Below are positions 9,120 through 17,457 of a DNA stretch of 35,144 nucleotides, piece after piece. Below the pieces are notes generated by a model. That model had not been told where the DNA came from. It searched no databases and saw only the letters and a program-made list of their open reading frames with translations. The translations under genes and the position numbers were made by a program. Every line of letters begins with the position of its first letter. Within the stretch, counting starts at the first letter, position 1. The stretch comes from Pseudomonadota bacterium. GTDB taxonomy: Bacteria > Bdellovibrionota > Bacteriovoracia > Bacteriovoracales > Bacteriovoracaceae. The stretch is taken from positions 1-35,144 of the forward strand of contig JAJTIF010000184.1 of the NCBI GenBank assembly GCA_021299675.1, read 5' to 3'.

Positions 9120-11983
9120 GATATTTATTCTATCTCCTTCTTCTTCTAAGTGCCGTTTCAGCCTTTGCCCTCGACGAGCGCCGGGCCCGTATTATTGCGG
9201 TCATCAACGAAGAACTCGCAGAAGTAACTCGACTGTCGCAGCAGAGAAATAACCGAGACCCCGAGCTCTTGCTCCGGGTGGCAGAACTCCACTTGGAGAA
9301 AGCACGCCTGACGAGAGAAGACGAAAATGAAAAATTTCTTGAGCTTCCCGTAGAGAAGAGAAGAACGGTTAACGAAAACCAATACTATGCTGGTTCGACA
9401 CGAAGCTTTCAGAATGCCAACCAGTATGCGACAGCGGTGACAAAATCTTTCCCAAGTTATCGTGACATTGCTGATGTTTACTACATTCTTGCCTTCAATG
9501 CCCGTGAACTGAAGAACTACAAAGACTCTGACAAGTATTTTGCACTCGCGCGCAAGAAAGCTCCTAAGGGCAGTAAGACAGAGAAAAAAGCTAAGCTGGC
9601 CCTCGCTGATTCATACTTTAATAAAGCCAAATTCTCAAAGGCCATCCCTCTTTACGAGTCGGCGTTGTCTGGACTCAATGAGTCCTGGTGGACCAAAGAT
9701 GCCTTTAATCTCGCTTGGTCATACTACCGAGTGAAAAATTACAGCAAAGCCATCTCGCTGATGCATGAGATCCATAAACGCTCCGGTGATTCTAAATACA
9801 TCAATATGAAGTATTTCGTTGAGAGAGACCTCGTGAGTTTTTATGTGGATGCCAAACGCACCAATGAAGCCGTTGAATGGTATCGAGCTCAGGGCATCGA
9901 TTATTCAAGTCATCTCATTAAGATTATCAAGGTTCAAACCGCTCAGGGGAAGTTCACTCAAGCAGAGCAACTCTTAGGAGAAGCAGCTAAGATTCAGACC
10001 TCACCAGACAAGCGCATCGAGGTGCTCTTTCTGCAGTTAGAACTCTCAGATAAATATAATAAAATTCCAAGCCATCTCAAAGCAGCGAGTGAGCTGACGG
10101 AGGCATCTCTCAAAGGAAGACTGAACTCAGATCAGATCAAAATGCTTGATTATCAGATTTCTAAGAAAGCAGCCGAGACGCAAAAAGCCGCCGCTTCACC
10201 AATCTATAAAGATGTGAAGAAGACTCGTCTCTCTCGAACTCGCCAAGCCATCTCGTACTTTGGACTCCTGGCAAAACTTAAACCACAAGCCAAAGCTGAG
10301 CCGATATTCTTTCAAGGTGAAACCTCCTACGCCGCTGAGCAACTCTCAGAGTCTATGAGTTATTACCTACGTGCCTTCGAGGCTGGCAAAAATGAAAAGA
10401 ATAAGAAAATAACCTCTCAAGCCATGGAAGGGATGCTTGCGACTTTAGGCAACAAAGGACTTTCACCCAAACAAGCGGATCAGTTCTACGTCCCCGTCTA
10501 TACGGCCTACCTAAAGGAAGACCCCAACTCAGCACGGGCGAAGATAATCCGTCAGAAGCTCTTTAAGGTTTACATCGACCGCAAAGACTTTAAAAATGCC
10601 GAGCAGGTTCTTTCTGACTACGCGCAACTCCATCCCGATGACTTTAAGTCTCAAGAAGTCATGCTCGCAAGCTTAATGGATGATGCCCGTAGCAAAAAAG
10701 ATTTTAACCGCTTCAAAGGCTTCATCGTCCAGATCAATGAAGGTAAGTACAAAGTCTCAAAGAAGTACGGCGAAGCTTTACGCCAGATGATGACGAAGAT
10801 TCAAATTGAAGACGCGCAGAACGCCCTCGATAAAGGTGACAAGGCGTTCGCCCTGAAGAGCTATATTCGGATCTATGAAAACCCAGAAAGTACTGTGCGA
10901 GCTAAAGCGAACGCAGCCTACAACCTTGCGGCCCTCTACTACGAAGCCAATGATCTAACAGAGAGCTATAAGTGGGGAGCAGCGGCCCTTAATGAAATGA
11001 ATGATGCTGAGGTGAAACAGTTCTCCGCTTCCTTCTTGGCCATCGGGACGAATCTCTTCCTACGTCAGCGCTTCCAGCAATCAGCCGATCTTAATACCCG
11101 CACGCTGGCCAAGCTTTGCAAGCAGGGTGACGCTTCAAAAAACACAGCGTTCAAGAACGCGAGTTTTTTGTGGCTCGCCGAAGGACTCATTGAGAAAACC
11201 GAAGAAGTTATCAATATAGGAACTAAGTGCGGCATCGACATCCAAACGCTGAATGAAGTTCGCATCGAGCTCGCCAAGGAATATCAAAAACTTTCTCGCT
11301 GGGAGAGCCTAGAAGCCATTCTGCCTCCAGTGGTGGCCAGTAAGTCTCAGGCACCCCTTACAATCATCTACCTCGAGTCGCTTCGTCGAAGCTACGCAGG
11401 CCTTGGAGACTCGCAAAGAGCGATGTCACTTGGAAGCCAAATTTTAGAGATCTATAGAAGTGCTAAAGCTAAGAACCAAGACATCCCAGTTGAAGCACTC
11501 GATATCATCGCTATGGGGCTCATGCCTAAGCTTGAGCAAAAGCAGTCGCAGCTTGATTCGATTGTCCTGAATTTTCCGGAAGACACATTCAACAACCAGG
11601 TTAAACGAAAACTATCCATCCTCGATTCCCTGACGGGGGATGTGAATGAGATACAAAAAACAGGATCTGGAAAGGGAATTGTGCGTGCATATAAAATCCT
11701 GATTAATAGCTATGAGAAGTTCGCTTCTGAGTTGAGTCGCTTTACCCCTGAAGGCAAAAGCGAAGACTACGTGACGAGCTTTAAAAAAGCCATGAGCGGG
11801 GTCTGGACACCCATCCTTCAGACAGCGCTCAAACGCCGCCAGGAAGTTAAAGAATTGATTGTCTCAAACAACATTCTCTCGGACGATAACAATGAGATGC
11901 TCTCTCCCCAGGGAACAAATCTAGTGGCACAGTTTCGTCTCCAGCAGAATCTGGTCTTGATGGATCGTGGAGGTGCTCAGTGA
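9113..11983 (+). CDS. Large periplasmic TPR-repeat protein, GltD/AgmU-like
   Basis: The ORF is 956 aa with a signal peptide (MLRYLFYLLLLLSAVSAFA). It has many TPR-like units (YYILAFNARELKNYKDSDKYFALA, LADSYFNKAKFSKAIPLYESAL, NLAWSYYRVKNYSKAISLM, NLAALYYEANDLTESYKWG). It overlaps the next gene by GTGA. Confidence 0.6.
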   Translation: MLRYLFYLLLLLSAVSAFALDERRARIIAVINEELAEVTRLSQQRNNRDPELLLRVAELHLEKARLTREDENEKFLELPVEKRRTVNENQYYAGSTRSFQNANQYATAVTKSFPSYRDIADVYYILAFNARELKNYKDSDKYFALARKKAPKGSKTEKKAKLALADSYFNKAKFSKAIPLYESALSGLNESWWTKDAFNLAWSYYRVKNYSKAISLMHEIHKRSGDSKYINMKYFVERDLVSFYVDAKRTNEAVEWYRAQGIDYSSHLIKIIKVQTAQGKFTQAEQLLGEAAKIQTSPDKRIEVLFLQLELSDKYNKIPSHLKAASELTEASLKGRLNSDQIKMLDYQISKKAAETQKAAASPIYKDVKKTRLSRTRQAISYFGLLAKLKPQAKAEPIFFQGETSYAAEQLSESMSYYLRAFEAGKNEKNKKITSQAMEGMLATLGNKGLSPKQADQFYVPVYTAYLKEDPNSARAKIIRQKLFKVYIDRKDFKNAEQVLSDYAQLHPDDFKSQEVMLASLMDDARSKKDFNRFKGFIVQINEGKYKVSKKYGEALRQMMTKIQIEDAQNALDKGDKAFALKSYIRIYENPESTVRAKANAAYNLAALYYEANDLTESYKWGAAALNEMNDAEVKQFSASFLAIGTNLFLRQRFQQSADLNTRTLAKLCKQGDASKNTAFKNASFLWLAEGLIEKTEEVINIGTKCGIDIQTLNEVRIELAKEYQKLSRWESLEAILPPVVASKSQAPLTIIYLESLRRSYAGLGDSQRAMSLGSQILEIYRSAKAKNQDIPVEALDIIAMGLMPKLEQKQSQLDSIVLNFPEDTFNNQVKRKLSILDSLTGDVNEIQKTGSGKGIVRAYKILINSYEKFASELSRFTPEGKSEDYVTSFKKAMSGVWTPILQTALKRRQEVKELIVSNNILSDDNNEMLSPQGTNLVAQFRLQQNLVLMDRGGAQ

Positions 11984-12867
11984 AAGCTATTCCCCTAATG
12001 ATATTAGTCACACTTGGTAGTTGTGGATCAAATTCAAAGAAGTCTGAAAGCACGGATCCTGCTGCCGGCGTTAAGCTTTCGAACCAAGACTTTAAGAAAT
12101 CTAAGCCGGTTGCCTACACACCCACACAAGATAGATACTCTGTGCAAGGGGGGAGTGCTCTGGGCTCAGAGACACTCTCGCAGCTTGATTCAAAAACAAT
12201 GGGTCAAGTGGCTACTGATAAAGATCCTATGTCAGTGATGATGGCGCAGTGTTACCGTGGAGACTTTGAGAGCGCACTTAAGATCGCAGATAGTATTTTT
12301 AACTCCTTTCAAAAGCACCCCTCCTACTGGAACCAACTAGGATCTTGCCACCTCCTAAAGGGCAATGAGCGCAAGGCCCTTCTTTTTTATAACAAAAGTC
12401 TCGAGGTTAAAGCTAACTACGCGCCTGCCCTGAACAACATTGGTGTCATTTACAAGCGAAACGGGCAAGACCAAAAGGCCCACGTGGCTTTTGACAAAGC
12501 CAGCAAGAGCAGTCGATTTTCTAAAACCCCACGCTACAACCTAGCTTATCTCTATCTCCATAATGGGATCGCCGAAAAAGCTTTTACTCTTTTCTCAAGC
12601 CTCTTAAGTGAAAATCCCTCTGAAATTGAAGTCCTGATTGGTGCCGCCAATAGCAGTGCTTTGACGGGCCGTTGGGCACAGGCGCTTGAACTTTTCATGA
12701 GAGTACCGGATCAATACCGTTCACGCAGTGACGTGGGACTTAACATGTCGCTTGCGGCTTATCAGATGAATAAGAGAGATGTAGCACGACAGATTCTTTC
12801 GAACACCAAGGTTTCAGATGTTGATCGTGGGTATTTTGCACAGCTTAGTAAGGTAATAGGAGAATAG
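11980..12867 (+). CDS. TPR-repeat lipoprotein, GltE/AglT-like
   Basis: It starts at a GTG within the upstream stop. It has a lipobox (LVTLGS-C) and canonical TPRs (WNQLGSCHLLKGNERKALLFYNKSLEVKANYAPALNNIGVIYKRNGQDQKAHVAFDKA). Confidence 0.6.
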   Translation: MKAIPLMILVTLGSCGSNSKKSESTDPAAGVKLSNQDFKKSKPVAYTPTQDRYSVQGGSALGSETLSQLDSKTMGQVATDKDPMSVMMAQCYRGDFESALKIADSIFNSFQKHPSYWNQLGSCHLLKGNERKALLFYNKSLEVKANYAPALNNIGVIYKRNGQDQKAHVAFDKASKSSRFSKTPRYNLAYLYLHNGIAEKAFTLFSSLLSENPSEIEVLIGAANSSALTGRWAQALELFMRVPDQYRSRSDVGLNMSLAAYQMNKRDVARQILSNTKVSDVDRGYFAQLSKVIGE

Positions 12868-12869
12868 AT

Positions 12870-13118
12870 ATGAGGTTATTTATCATACTTGCCCTTCTTT
12901 CATTTTCTGTGTTCGCTCAGAAAAGCTCTAAGAGCGTAAACTACGAATATAAAAAATTCGAAAGATTCGATTTCGAAGAAATTGGCGTAGAGGGTGAGTC
13001 GGGAGCTCCTGGGGATCTTTCGATCGCTCCGGCACCTCGAAAGAACTACGGGAATCGTCTTCCAGAAAGAAAAAGTTTTAATAAAGAAGTAAGAAAGTCC
13101 GCTAGCGGAATTAGATAA
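12870..13118 (+). CDS. Small secreted protein, GltF-like by size and position
   Basis: The ORF is 82 aa with a signal peptide (MRLFIILALLSFSVFAQ). It starts 2 nt after the upstream stop and sits between the TPR lipoprotein and the FHA-TonB-like gene. I recognised no motif. Confidence 0.45.
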   Translation: MRLFIILALLSFSVFAQKSSKSVNYEYKKFERFDFEEIGVEGESGAPGDLSIAPAPRKNYGNRLPERKSFNKEVRKSASGIR

Positions 13119-13132
13119 AAAAGGATTTTTGA

Positions 13133-15157
13133 GTGGAAACCCAAAAAAACACAGCCAAGCTTCTCTTTAGGATTAAGCCTAAGACTCCGCAATTGAAAGT
13201 GCGGGGAGATGTGATCGGCGAGGGCCGTCTTCTGGTTGGCCGAGCAGAGTCTTGTGACATCATTCTCGACTACGATTCTGTCTCTGCGGTCCATGCAGTC
13301 ATCGAAGTGCATGAGAACAGTGCAAAGATCTATGATATGAACTCAACCAATGGTACATGGGTAGGAGGCAAGCGAGTCATCGTTTCAGACCTAAAACCGG
13401 GAGATACCTTTAGCTTAGCTGACATTGACCTTAGTTTCCTCGCGTATCGCTCCGAGGACACACTCCCGCCAGTACTTGAGTCACTCGAGCCTGCGAAGGG
13501 AACAGCTTCCACCAAAGTTGTTAGGACTCCTGATCTCCCCGAGATTCCCAAGAATCTCCCTAAGACAGCACCGAAAGTAGAAAAGTCCGATGCACCTTAT
13601 GTTATGTATCCACTTGCTTCGGATCCTAAAGCTGATAGTACCGAGTATATCTTTGAGGACCTGGCAACGATCTATCCGATTTTTAAATACGATACCTCTA
13701 AGCAGGCCGTTGAAATTATTATTCTTTTTAAAGACCGCGTTTATTCTGTCGACTACCTTCCTTCAAAGGATGGGATCTATCACTTGGCGGGGTATAACCC
13801 AGGCGCAAGTGATTTAGAGTTTCCTTATCTAGGGAAAAAGGAAAAGCAGCACTTCGTGGACGTGAAGGGTGGACAGGTCTCGGTCCATAAACTTCCGGGC
13901 TATGAGATATTCTATCTTTCCGAGAATCAATCGAAGTCGGTCAATCAGGGCATCGGTATCATCGACTTGAAGCCTAAAGATATCCTGCGCTTTAGTAATA
14001 GTGATATTCAAATTTATCTGAGAAACGTTGAAGCTCCACCAAAGGTGGCAACGGCTCCAATCATTCGCCGTGATCCTGTACTGCGCAAATATCTTTGGAT
14101 GTTTTTTATCATTTTGACTGCCTTCAGTAGTGCGATCCAGTTTGCGAACTTCGAAGAAGAGAAGAAAGAGGAAGTGGAAAAGGCACCGGAGCGCCTAGCA
14201 ACGATTCTCTATAAGCAGAAGCTGATGGTGAACACAAATAAAGCAGCAGAGAAGACAGAAGATAAAAAACCTGAGCAGCAAAAAGCTCCACCGAAAGTCG
14301 CCGTGGAAAAAGCGGAGCCGACTCCGACGAAAGAAGAGATTAAAAAGCCAGATATTCAAACCACAGCTGTGCAAAATCAGAAGCCCGATCCAGGCACCAA
14401 AACAGCAACCGAGAAGAAGGTTATTGTTAAGGGTGACCCGAAGATTAATAAGCCTGACCCTACAAAAGCTGGTGGCAGTAAGCCATCACCTGTGAAAACT
14501 CAGACGGCACAGCCTGCCCAAACGAGAGCAGCTGTGACGGCCAAAACTAATGGCCCCGTGGATGTCTACAAGTCTGCAGACTTCTCAAGTTCGGTTAATA
14601 CTATGCTCGCCAAAGGGGGCTCGCTCTCAAGTGCCTCAACTGCTAGTGCCACTGGCTCAAGTTCAGATTTTGGTTCTGTTGTGGCCACTGGAGCCGGCAC
14701 GGGCACATCTCTACAGCGGGCGGCAGTTACCACTGGTGGCGGTAGTCTAACGGGAGCAACGACAGGAACTTTGGGAACCTCAAAAGGAGCTGAAGGGCTT
14801 TCCGCCAAGCGAGCGATCTACACAGCAGGTATTCCTTCGGAGACAGTGGTCTTAGGCTCCATGGATCCTGATGTGATTAGAAGAATCCTGATGGATAACC
14901 TTCCAAAGTTTCGTTACTGCTATCAGTCCGAGCTTGAAAGATCTGGGGCTGATGCACAAGGTGTGATCCGTCTTAACTTTGTGATCGGAGCTTCTGGGCA
15001 CGTTTCACAAGCCGGGGTTGATGAAGCCTCGAACTTACCAGTGCCCGTCAAACGATGTGTGGTGAACGTGCTTAAGGGGATTCAGTTCCCAGAGCCTCGA
15101 GGCGGGGGCAGTGTAGAAGTGAAACAGCCCATGAACTTCTACCCAAAGAAACTCTAG
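13133..15157 (+). CDS. FHA domain - TM helix - Pro/Lys/Glu-rich spacer - TonB-C-like (AgmX/PglI-type tail) protein, GltG/PglI-like
   Basis: It starts at GTG. The N-terminal FHA signature is GRAESCDIILDYDSVSAVHAVI...NSTNGTWVGGKRV. A single TM helix follows (YLWMFFIILTAFSSAIQF), then a KPE-rich and an S/T/G-rich low-complexity spacer. The C-terminal domain has paired Cys (LPKFRYCYQSEL ... VKRCVVNVLKGIQFPEP...VKQPMNF), typical of the AgmX/PglI tail. Confidence 0.7.
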   Translation: METQKNTAKLLFRIKPKTPQLKVRGDVIGEGRLLVGRAESCDIILDYDSVSAVHAVIEVHENSAKIYDMNSTNGTWVGGKRVIVSDLKPGDTFSLADIDLSFLAYRSEDTLPPVLESLEPAKGTASTKVVRTPDLPEIPKNLPKTAPKVEKSDAPYVMYPLASDPKADSTEYIFEDLATIYPIFKYDTSKQAVEIIILFKDRVYSVDYLPSKDGIYHLAGYNPGASDLEFPYLGKKEKQHFVDVKGGQVSVHKLPGYEIFYLSENQSKSVNQGIGIIDLKPKDILRFSNSDIQIYLRNVEAPPKVATAPIIRRDPVLRKYLWMFFIILTAFSSAIQFANFEEEKKEEVEKAPERLATILYKQKLMVNTNKAAEKTEDKKPEQQKAPPKVAVEKAEPTPTKEEIKKPDIQTTAVQNQKPDPGTKTATEKKVIVKGDPKINKPDPTKAGGSKPSPVKTQTAQPAQTRAAVTAKTNGPVDVYKSADFSSSVNTMLAKGGSLSSASTASATGSSSDFGSVVATGAGTGTSLQRAAVTTGGGSLTGATTGTLGTSKGAEGLSAKRAIYTAGIPSETVVLGSMDPDVIRRILMDNLPKFRYCYQSELERSGADAQGVIRLNFVIGASGHVSQAGVDEASNLPVPVKRCVVNVLKGIQFPEPRGGGSVEVKQPMNFYPKKL

Positions 15158-15176
15158 GAATAGAAAAAAGAGACAT

Positions 15177-15205
15177 AAAAAAAGGCGCTTTAAGCGCCTT
15201 TTTTT
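15177..15205. terminator. Bidirectional intrinsic terminator shared by the convergent operons
   Basis: The 29-nt sequence is a perfect palindrome: A7-GGCGCTT-T-AAGCGCC-T7. It lies between the stop at 15155-15157 (+) and the stop at 15204-15206 (-). The T-run overlaps the minus-strand stop codon. Confidence 0.8.
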
Positions 15206-15713
15206 ATTTGTCTGTCATGACAACAAATTTGAATTCTTTAAAGCCCGCATCGGCGCAAGTGTACATGATCCTCTTAACGTAACTGTACTTAAGGGTTTTA
15301 TCGACAACGAGATTCGCAATCCCACTAAACTTATTCGCATCAGGAGAAGATTTCTCTGAACGCTTGATCGTCTCTTTCAGCCTCACAAGTTCGTTATAAA
15401 GAGAAATGATTCGTCTTCCACCGGAATCGTAAATGTTTTCTGGAAGCGCTTCCGTGTTGAGAACTTCTTTGTCGTCGACCCAGATCTTACTTGCGGAGAC
15501 CTGAATGTTCACACCGAAGGTATTGATCGATTCAGTGCTTGAGCGTGGAAGCGTGATCCCTTCTGGAACGTTGATGATGACACCTGAGGCATTGTAGCTT
15601 TGGATCAAGAACACGAGTAGGATCGTTAAGATATCTAACAAAGAGGTGATATCAATTTCGAAAGTCTTTTTGAGTCGACGTCTTCCGTGGGCTTTAAGTC
15701 TTCTGGATCCCAT
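15204..15713 (-). CDS. ExbD/TolR-family motor subunit, AglQ/AglS-like
   Basis: It has a basic N-terminus and a single TM helix with the conserved protonatable Asp (EIDITSLLDILTILLVFLI). It is the third gene of a MotA/TolQ-type operon. Confidence 0.75.
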   Translation of the reverse strand: MGSRRLKAHGRRRLKKTFEIDITSLLDILTILLVFLIQSYNASGVIINVPEGITLPRSSTESINTFGVNIQVSASKIWVDDKEVLNTEALPENIYDSGGRRIISLYNELVRLKETIKRSEKSSPDANKFSGIANLVVDKTLKYSYVKRIMYTCADAGFKEFKFVVMTDK

Positions 15714-15716
15714 AAG

Positions 15717-16244
15717 TTAGCTCATTAGGTTGCCAAAAATGATCTTGGCGAAAAGAGTTTTTACTTTCTGTTCGATGCCGTCTTTGTCTTTTTTGAAGAT
15801 CGCTTCATCTGTGTTCTTGATCAGCCTCACAGTATCCATGATTTTGATGATCTCATCGTAGCTAATGTCCCACTCGGGTTGAAGAATAATGCTTTCTTCA
15901 TCAAGATTTGATTTCTTAATTTCCACAAGCTTCTGGTGAAGAGCATCTAGCTCATACAGACCATCGGGCGCACGATTAAAGCGTCCCACGACTCGTGGAT
16001 TAACCCCGGCGAGCAGTGTAAGCCCTTTCTCTTCGATCTTTAATTGAAGGACAAGTGGATCTTTATCTTTCTTTGGAGGTTCGGTCTCGGAAACTATCGG
16101 TATGTCGGAGCCGATTTCCATGACCTGAAGAAACTGGGCGGACATCAGAAGAAAGAAAATGAAAATGAAAACCGCGTCCATGATCGGTACGAGATTTAGT
16201 TTCTCATCGGGCTTCTTCTTGCGTCGGCTACTAGGTGTTTTCAC
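15717..16244 (-). CDS. ExbD/TolR-family motor subunit, AglQ/AglS-like
   Basis: It starts at GTG, 5 nt after the upstream stop. It has a basic N-terminus and a TM helix with the conserved Asp (LNLVPIMDAVFIFIFFLLM). Confidence 0.75.
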   Translation of the reverse strand: MKTPSSRRKKKPDEKLNLVPIMDAVFIFIFFLLMSAQFLQVMEIGSDIPIVSETEPPKKDKDPLVLQLKIEEKGLTLLAGVNPRVVGRFNRAPDGLYELDALHQKLVEIKKSNLDEESIILQPEWDISYDEIIKIMDTVRLIKNTDEAIFKKDKDGIEQKVKTLFAKIIFGNLMS

Positions 16245-16249
16245 AGAGA

Positions 16250-16885
16250 TTAGTCCTCTACTTTCTTAGTCCCAATAAGATCGAGCAGCTTCACGGCGTA
16301 CTCATCGATCTCGCCCACAATCTTCTCTGCCTTAGCCGAGAGGATGGCGTGAAAGATCATGATCACGATAGCAGAGCCTAGGCCCAGTGCTGTGGTGTAC
16401 ATGGCGACCGCAATACCACTCGAGAGAACTTGAGCTTTCTGTGAAGGATCAGCGGCGGAGATGGCTGCAAATGATTGGATCAAACCTTGGATTGTTCCGA
16501 GAAGACCGAAAAGTGTTGAAAGGTTTGCTACAAGGGCGAGGTAAGGGAGTCTTTGTTCGAGCTTCGGAATCATCTCCAAGGCGCTAGCGTCGAGCGCATT
16601 CTGAATTTGTTCCGGTGACTGGTTGGATCTTTTAAGACCACTCTTTAAAACTTTTGGGAGTGCACCGTTTGATCCGGAGCATACTCTAATCGCTCCTTGT
16701 ACATCGTTAGAGAGGACGTAGCGTTGGAGTTCATTCATGAATGAAGGTCCATCGACATCCATGCTTGAGAGTTTTTTCATTCGCTCAAGAGCAACGGCAA
16801 GGCCGACTCCGAAGCACGCCAAGATGACGTACATGAAAAAACCACCATCAATAATAAACTGGATTGCTGACTGCAAAAACGACAT
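16250..16885 (-). CDS. MotA/TolQ/ExbB-family proton channel, AglR-like
   Basis: It has three TM segments and the family motif TLFGLLGTIQGLIQSF. I chose the ATG at 16885 (MSFLQSAIQF...) because a GGAAGGGG Shine-Dalgarno precedes it. The ORF track extends the frame to 16915. Confidence 0.8.
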   Translation of the reverse strand: MSFLQSAIQFIIDGGFFMYVILACFGVGLAVALERMKKLSSMDVDGPSFMNELQRYVLSNDVQGAIRVCSGSNGALPKVLKSGLKRSNQSPEQIQNALDASALEMIPKLEQRLPYLALVANLSTLFGLLGTIQGLIQSFAAISAADPSQKAQVLSSGIAVAMYTTALGLGSAIVIMIFHAILSAKAEKIVGEIDEYAVKLLDLIGTKKVED

Positions 16886-16960
16886 ATAGAGATCCCCTTC
16901 CATAGGATGAAACATTTAAGTTCTTAAAATAATTATAGTGGTTTCTGTGTAGGAACCAAG

Positions 16961-16998
16961 AAAAAATGACCATGCGGATTAGATTATTATCCGCATGG
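16961..16998 (-). terminator. Intrinsic terminator downstream of the 141-aa gene
   Basis: A perfect 10-bp inverted repeat (CCATGCGGAT at 16970-16979 and ATCCGCATGG at 16989-16998) has a 9-nt loop. On the minus strand it is followed by TCATTTTTT. Confidence 0.7.
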
Positions 16999-17019
16999 TG
17001 GGGAAGATTAGTCGGCTAA

Positions 17020-17445
17020 TTAGAAAGAACAACTCACAGAGCGGCCATTGAACGGAAAAGAAACTGATCTAATTCGTCCTCTTTCATCAATCCGCATGGA
17101 AGCGCTGGTGACGTTTTCGCCCCTATAGGAATCATCTAGAACGATCATTCCATTCGTCTCGGGGTGGATGTTGGTGAAGCGAATTTCTTGCTTATGGCTC
17201 AGGCGATTTTCACTGGTGCCGCCACTTAGTTCAATGACGGTCCAGACGCGATAGGCAGGGTTGCCGTAGCTGTCTTCTACCATGTTGTTTTTCACTTCAT
17301 CCACTTTCACGTGGCAGCGAACTTCCATTCCATTCAAGACGATTTTAGTCTTGGCTGTTCCTTTAAGAATCAGTGTTCCTTTGATCTCGTGAGAGAAAGC
17401 TTCTACTGAGAGAAACATAGTGAGCATGAGGATGATGGTTTTCAT
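17020..17445 (-). CDS. Small secreted beta-rich protein of unknown function
   Basis: The ORF is 141 aa with a signal peptide (MKTIILMLTMFLSVEAFS) and two Cys (C44 and near the C-terminus). It starts 12 nt downstream of the glutaminase-like gene and has an AAGAGA Shine-Dalgarno. Confidence 0.7.
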   Translation of the reverse strand: MKTIILMLTMFLSVEAFSHEIKGTLILKGTAKTKIVLNGMEVRCHVKVDEVKNNMVEDSYGNPAYRVWTVIELSGGTSENRLSHKQEIRFTNIHPETNGMIVLDDSYRGENVTSASMRIDERGRIRSVSFPFNGRSVSCSF

Positions 17446-17457
17446 AAATATTCTCTT

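Noticed and set aside
7713-11983. The 468-aa and 956-aa ORFs, which overlap by 7 nt, could be one frameshifted GltD-like gene.
   Set aside because: Each ORF starts with its own convincing signal peptide. The overlap (ATGCTAA) is a normal stop-start coupling arrangement.
13133-16915. ExbB, two ExbD and a TonB-like protein could be read as a classical Ton iron-uptake system.
   Set aside because: There is no TonB-dependent receptor or siderophore gene nearby. The TonB-like protein has an FHA domain and an AgmX/PglI-type Cys-containing tail. The adjacent TPR/OMP genes fit the Agl-Glt class better.
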